64,000 bases of DNA from Lama guanicoe (Eukaryota): contig MU053482.1 in NCBI GenBank assembly GCA_013239625.1, forward strand, positions 657,168 to 721,167. Direction: 5' to 3'. Below the pieces are notes generated by a model. That model was not told the origin of the DNA and did no database searches. It saw only the letters and a list, made by a program, of their open reading frames with translations. Shown here one piece after another: positions 63,161-64,000 of the stretch. The number at the start of each line of letters is the position of its first letter. Position 1 is the first letter of the stretch. A program made the position numbers and the translations under genes.

Positions 63161-64000
63161 TAAGAATTAATATATTATAATTATTGAGTCCACTGGGACT
63201 AATATCAAAATGGATGTTTCATATTGGAGATCAGTAAAAAAAATTAGGTTGAGTTGGTGTAGGTGGGGAAAAGATTAGGTATTATTGAGGCTCATTAATG
63301 CTAGAGTGATTCTAAAATAATAATAGAATGAGTAAGTCCTATTTAATTCAAATTGAGAATCTTAAGTAGCAGAGTAACAATATATGAGTAGCAATATGCA
63401 AGAAAGTTTAGTCCAGGAATGTTGAATAATATATCAAAGGGGGCTTATGTCAAAATTAGGAGACCAACTTTAGACTCCAACTTCAAATGGACAAGGTATA
63501 GCATCAAGGTAGCTCTTTCTGATTATTTCTTTCATATTTTAGTCTCAGTTTGCTCAATTTTGTAGATTCTCCTTGGTGTTCTATATTTTCCTACCTGGTC
63601 AGCAGAGTCCCCCTGTGGTATCTAATACTTGCGGTTGTCTTAGAAAATTTTTCATTTGTTTTTCACCTAACTTGTATGTAGGATGTATGCTATATACTGA
63701 TGTTTTGAGGGTTTCAGCTCAGGCAAACACTGATGTAATGATATTCCATGACTTTGGTTTTACTAGTCATGGTATAGCATGAAAGTTCACAAGAATCTAA
63801 GAGCCCAAAAGAGAGTGTCTCAAGACACATATCAATTGCAAAATTTGCAGTAATATTGATTCTTTCATATCTCATGAAACCAATCCCACCCCTGTAATGA
63901 GGCTAAAATTGGGAGAGAACTGGGAAATGCCAACATTATTATGAATATCAGTAATAGTCCATCATCACCAACCCAGTGTAATCACAAATAGCACTGTCAT

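Overview
AT-rich mammalian genomic DNA, most likely camelid (Vic-1-like tRNA SINE, cetartiodactyl-type L1 3' ends and ERV LTRs). It contains part of a class II olfactory receptor (OR) cluster resembling the OR2D/OR2AG/OR6 cluster of human 11p15.4 and mouse chr7. There are six intact single-exon OR coding regions: OR2D3-like (+), OR2AG1-like (+), OR2AG2-like (+), two more OR2D3-like (-) and OR6B9/Olfr6-like (-). Intergenic DNA is mostly transposable elements (L1, L2, MIR, a non-autonomous ERV1 provirus, solo LTRs, Tigger1, MER58). I see no wholly new biological system. The strongest signal is patchwork gene conversion between the two OR2AG paralogues: two perfectly identical blocks (477 and 236 bp) flank a ~16% divergent TM4-EC2-TM5 island, inside an old duplication that also conserves promoter motifs and splice sites. 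Unusual L1 structures are also present: two head-to-head pairs of 3' ends, a twin-primed insertion and a possible 3' transduction. Family and orthologue names come from memory, not from searches, and alignments were done by eye.
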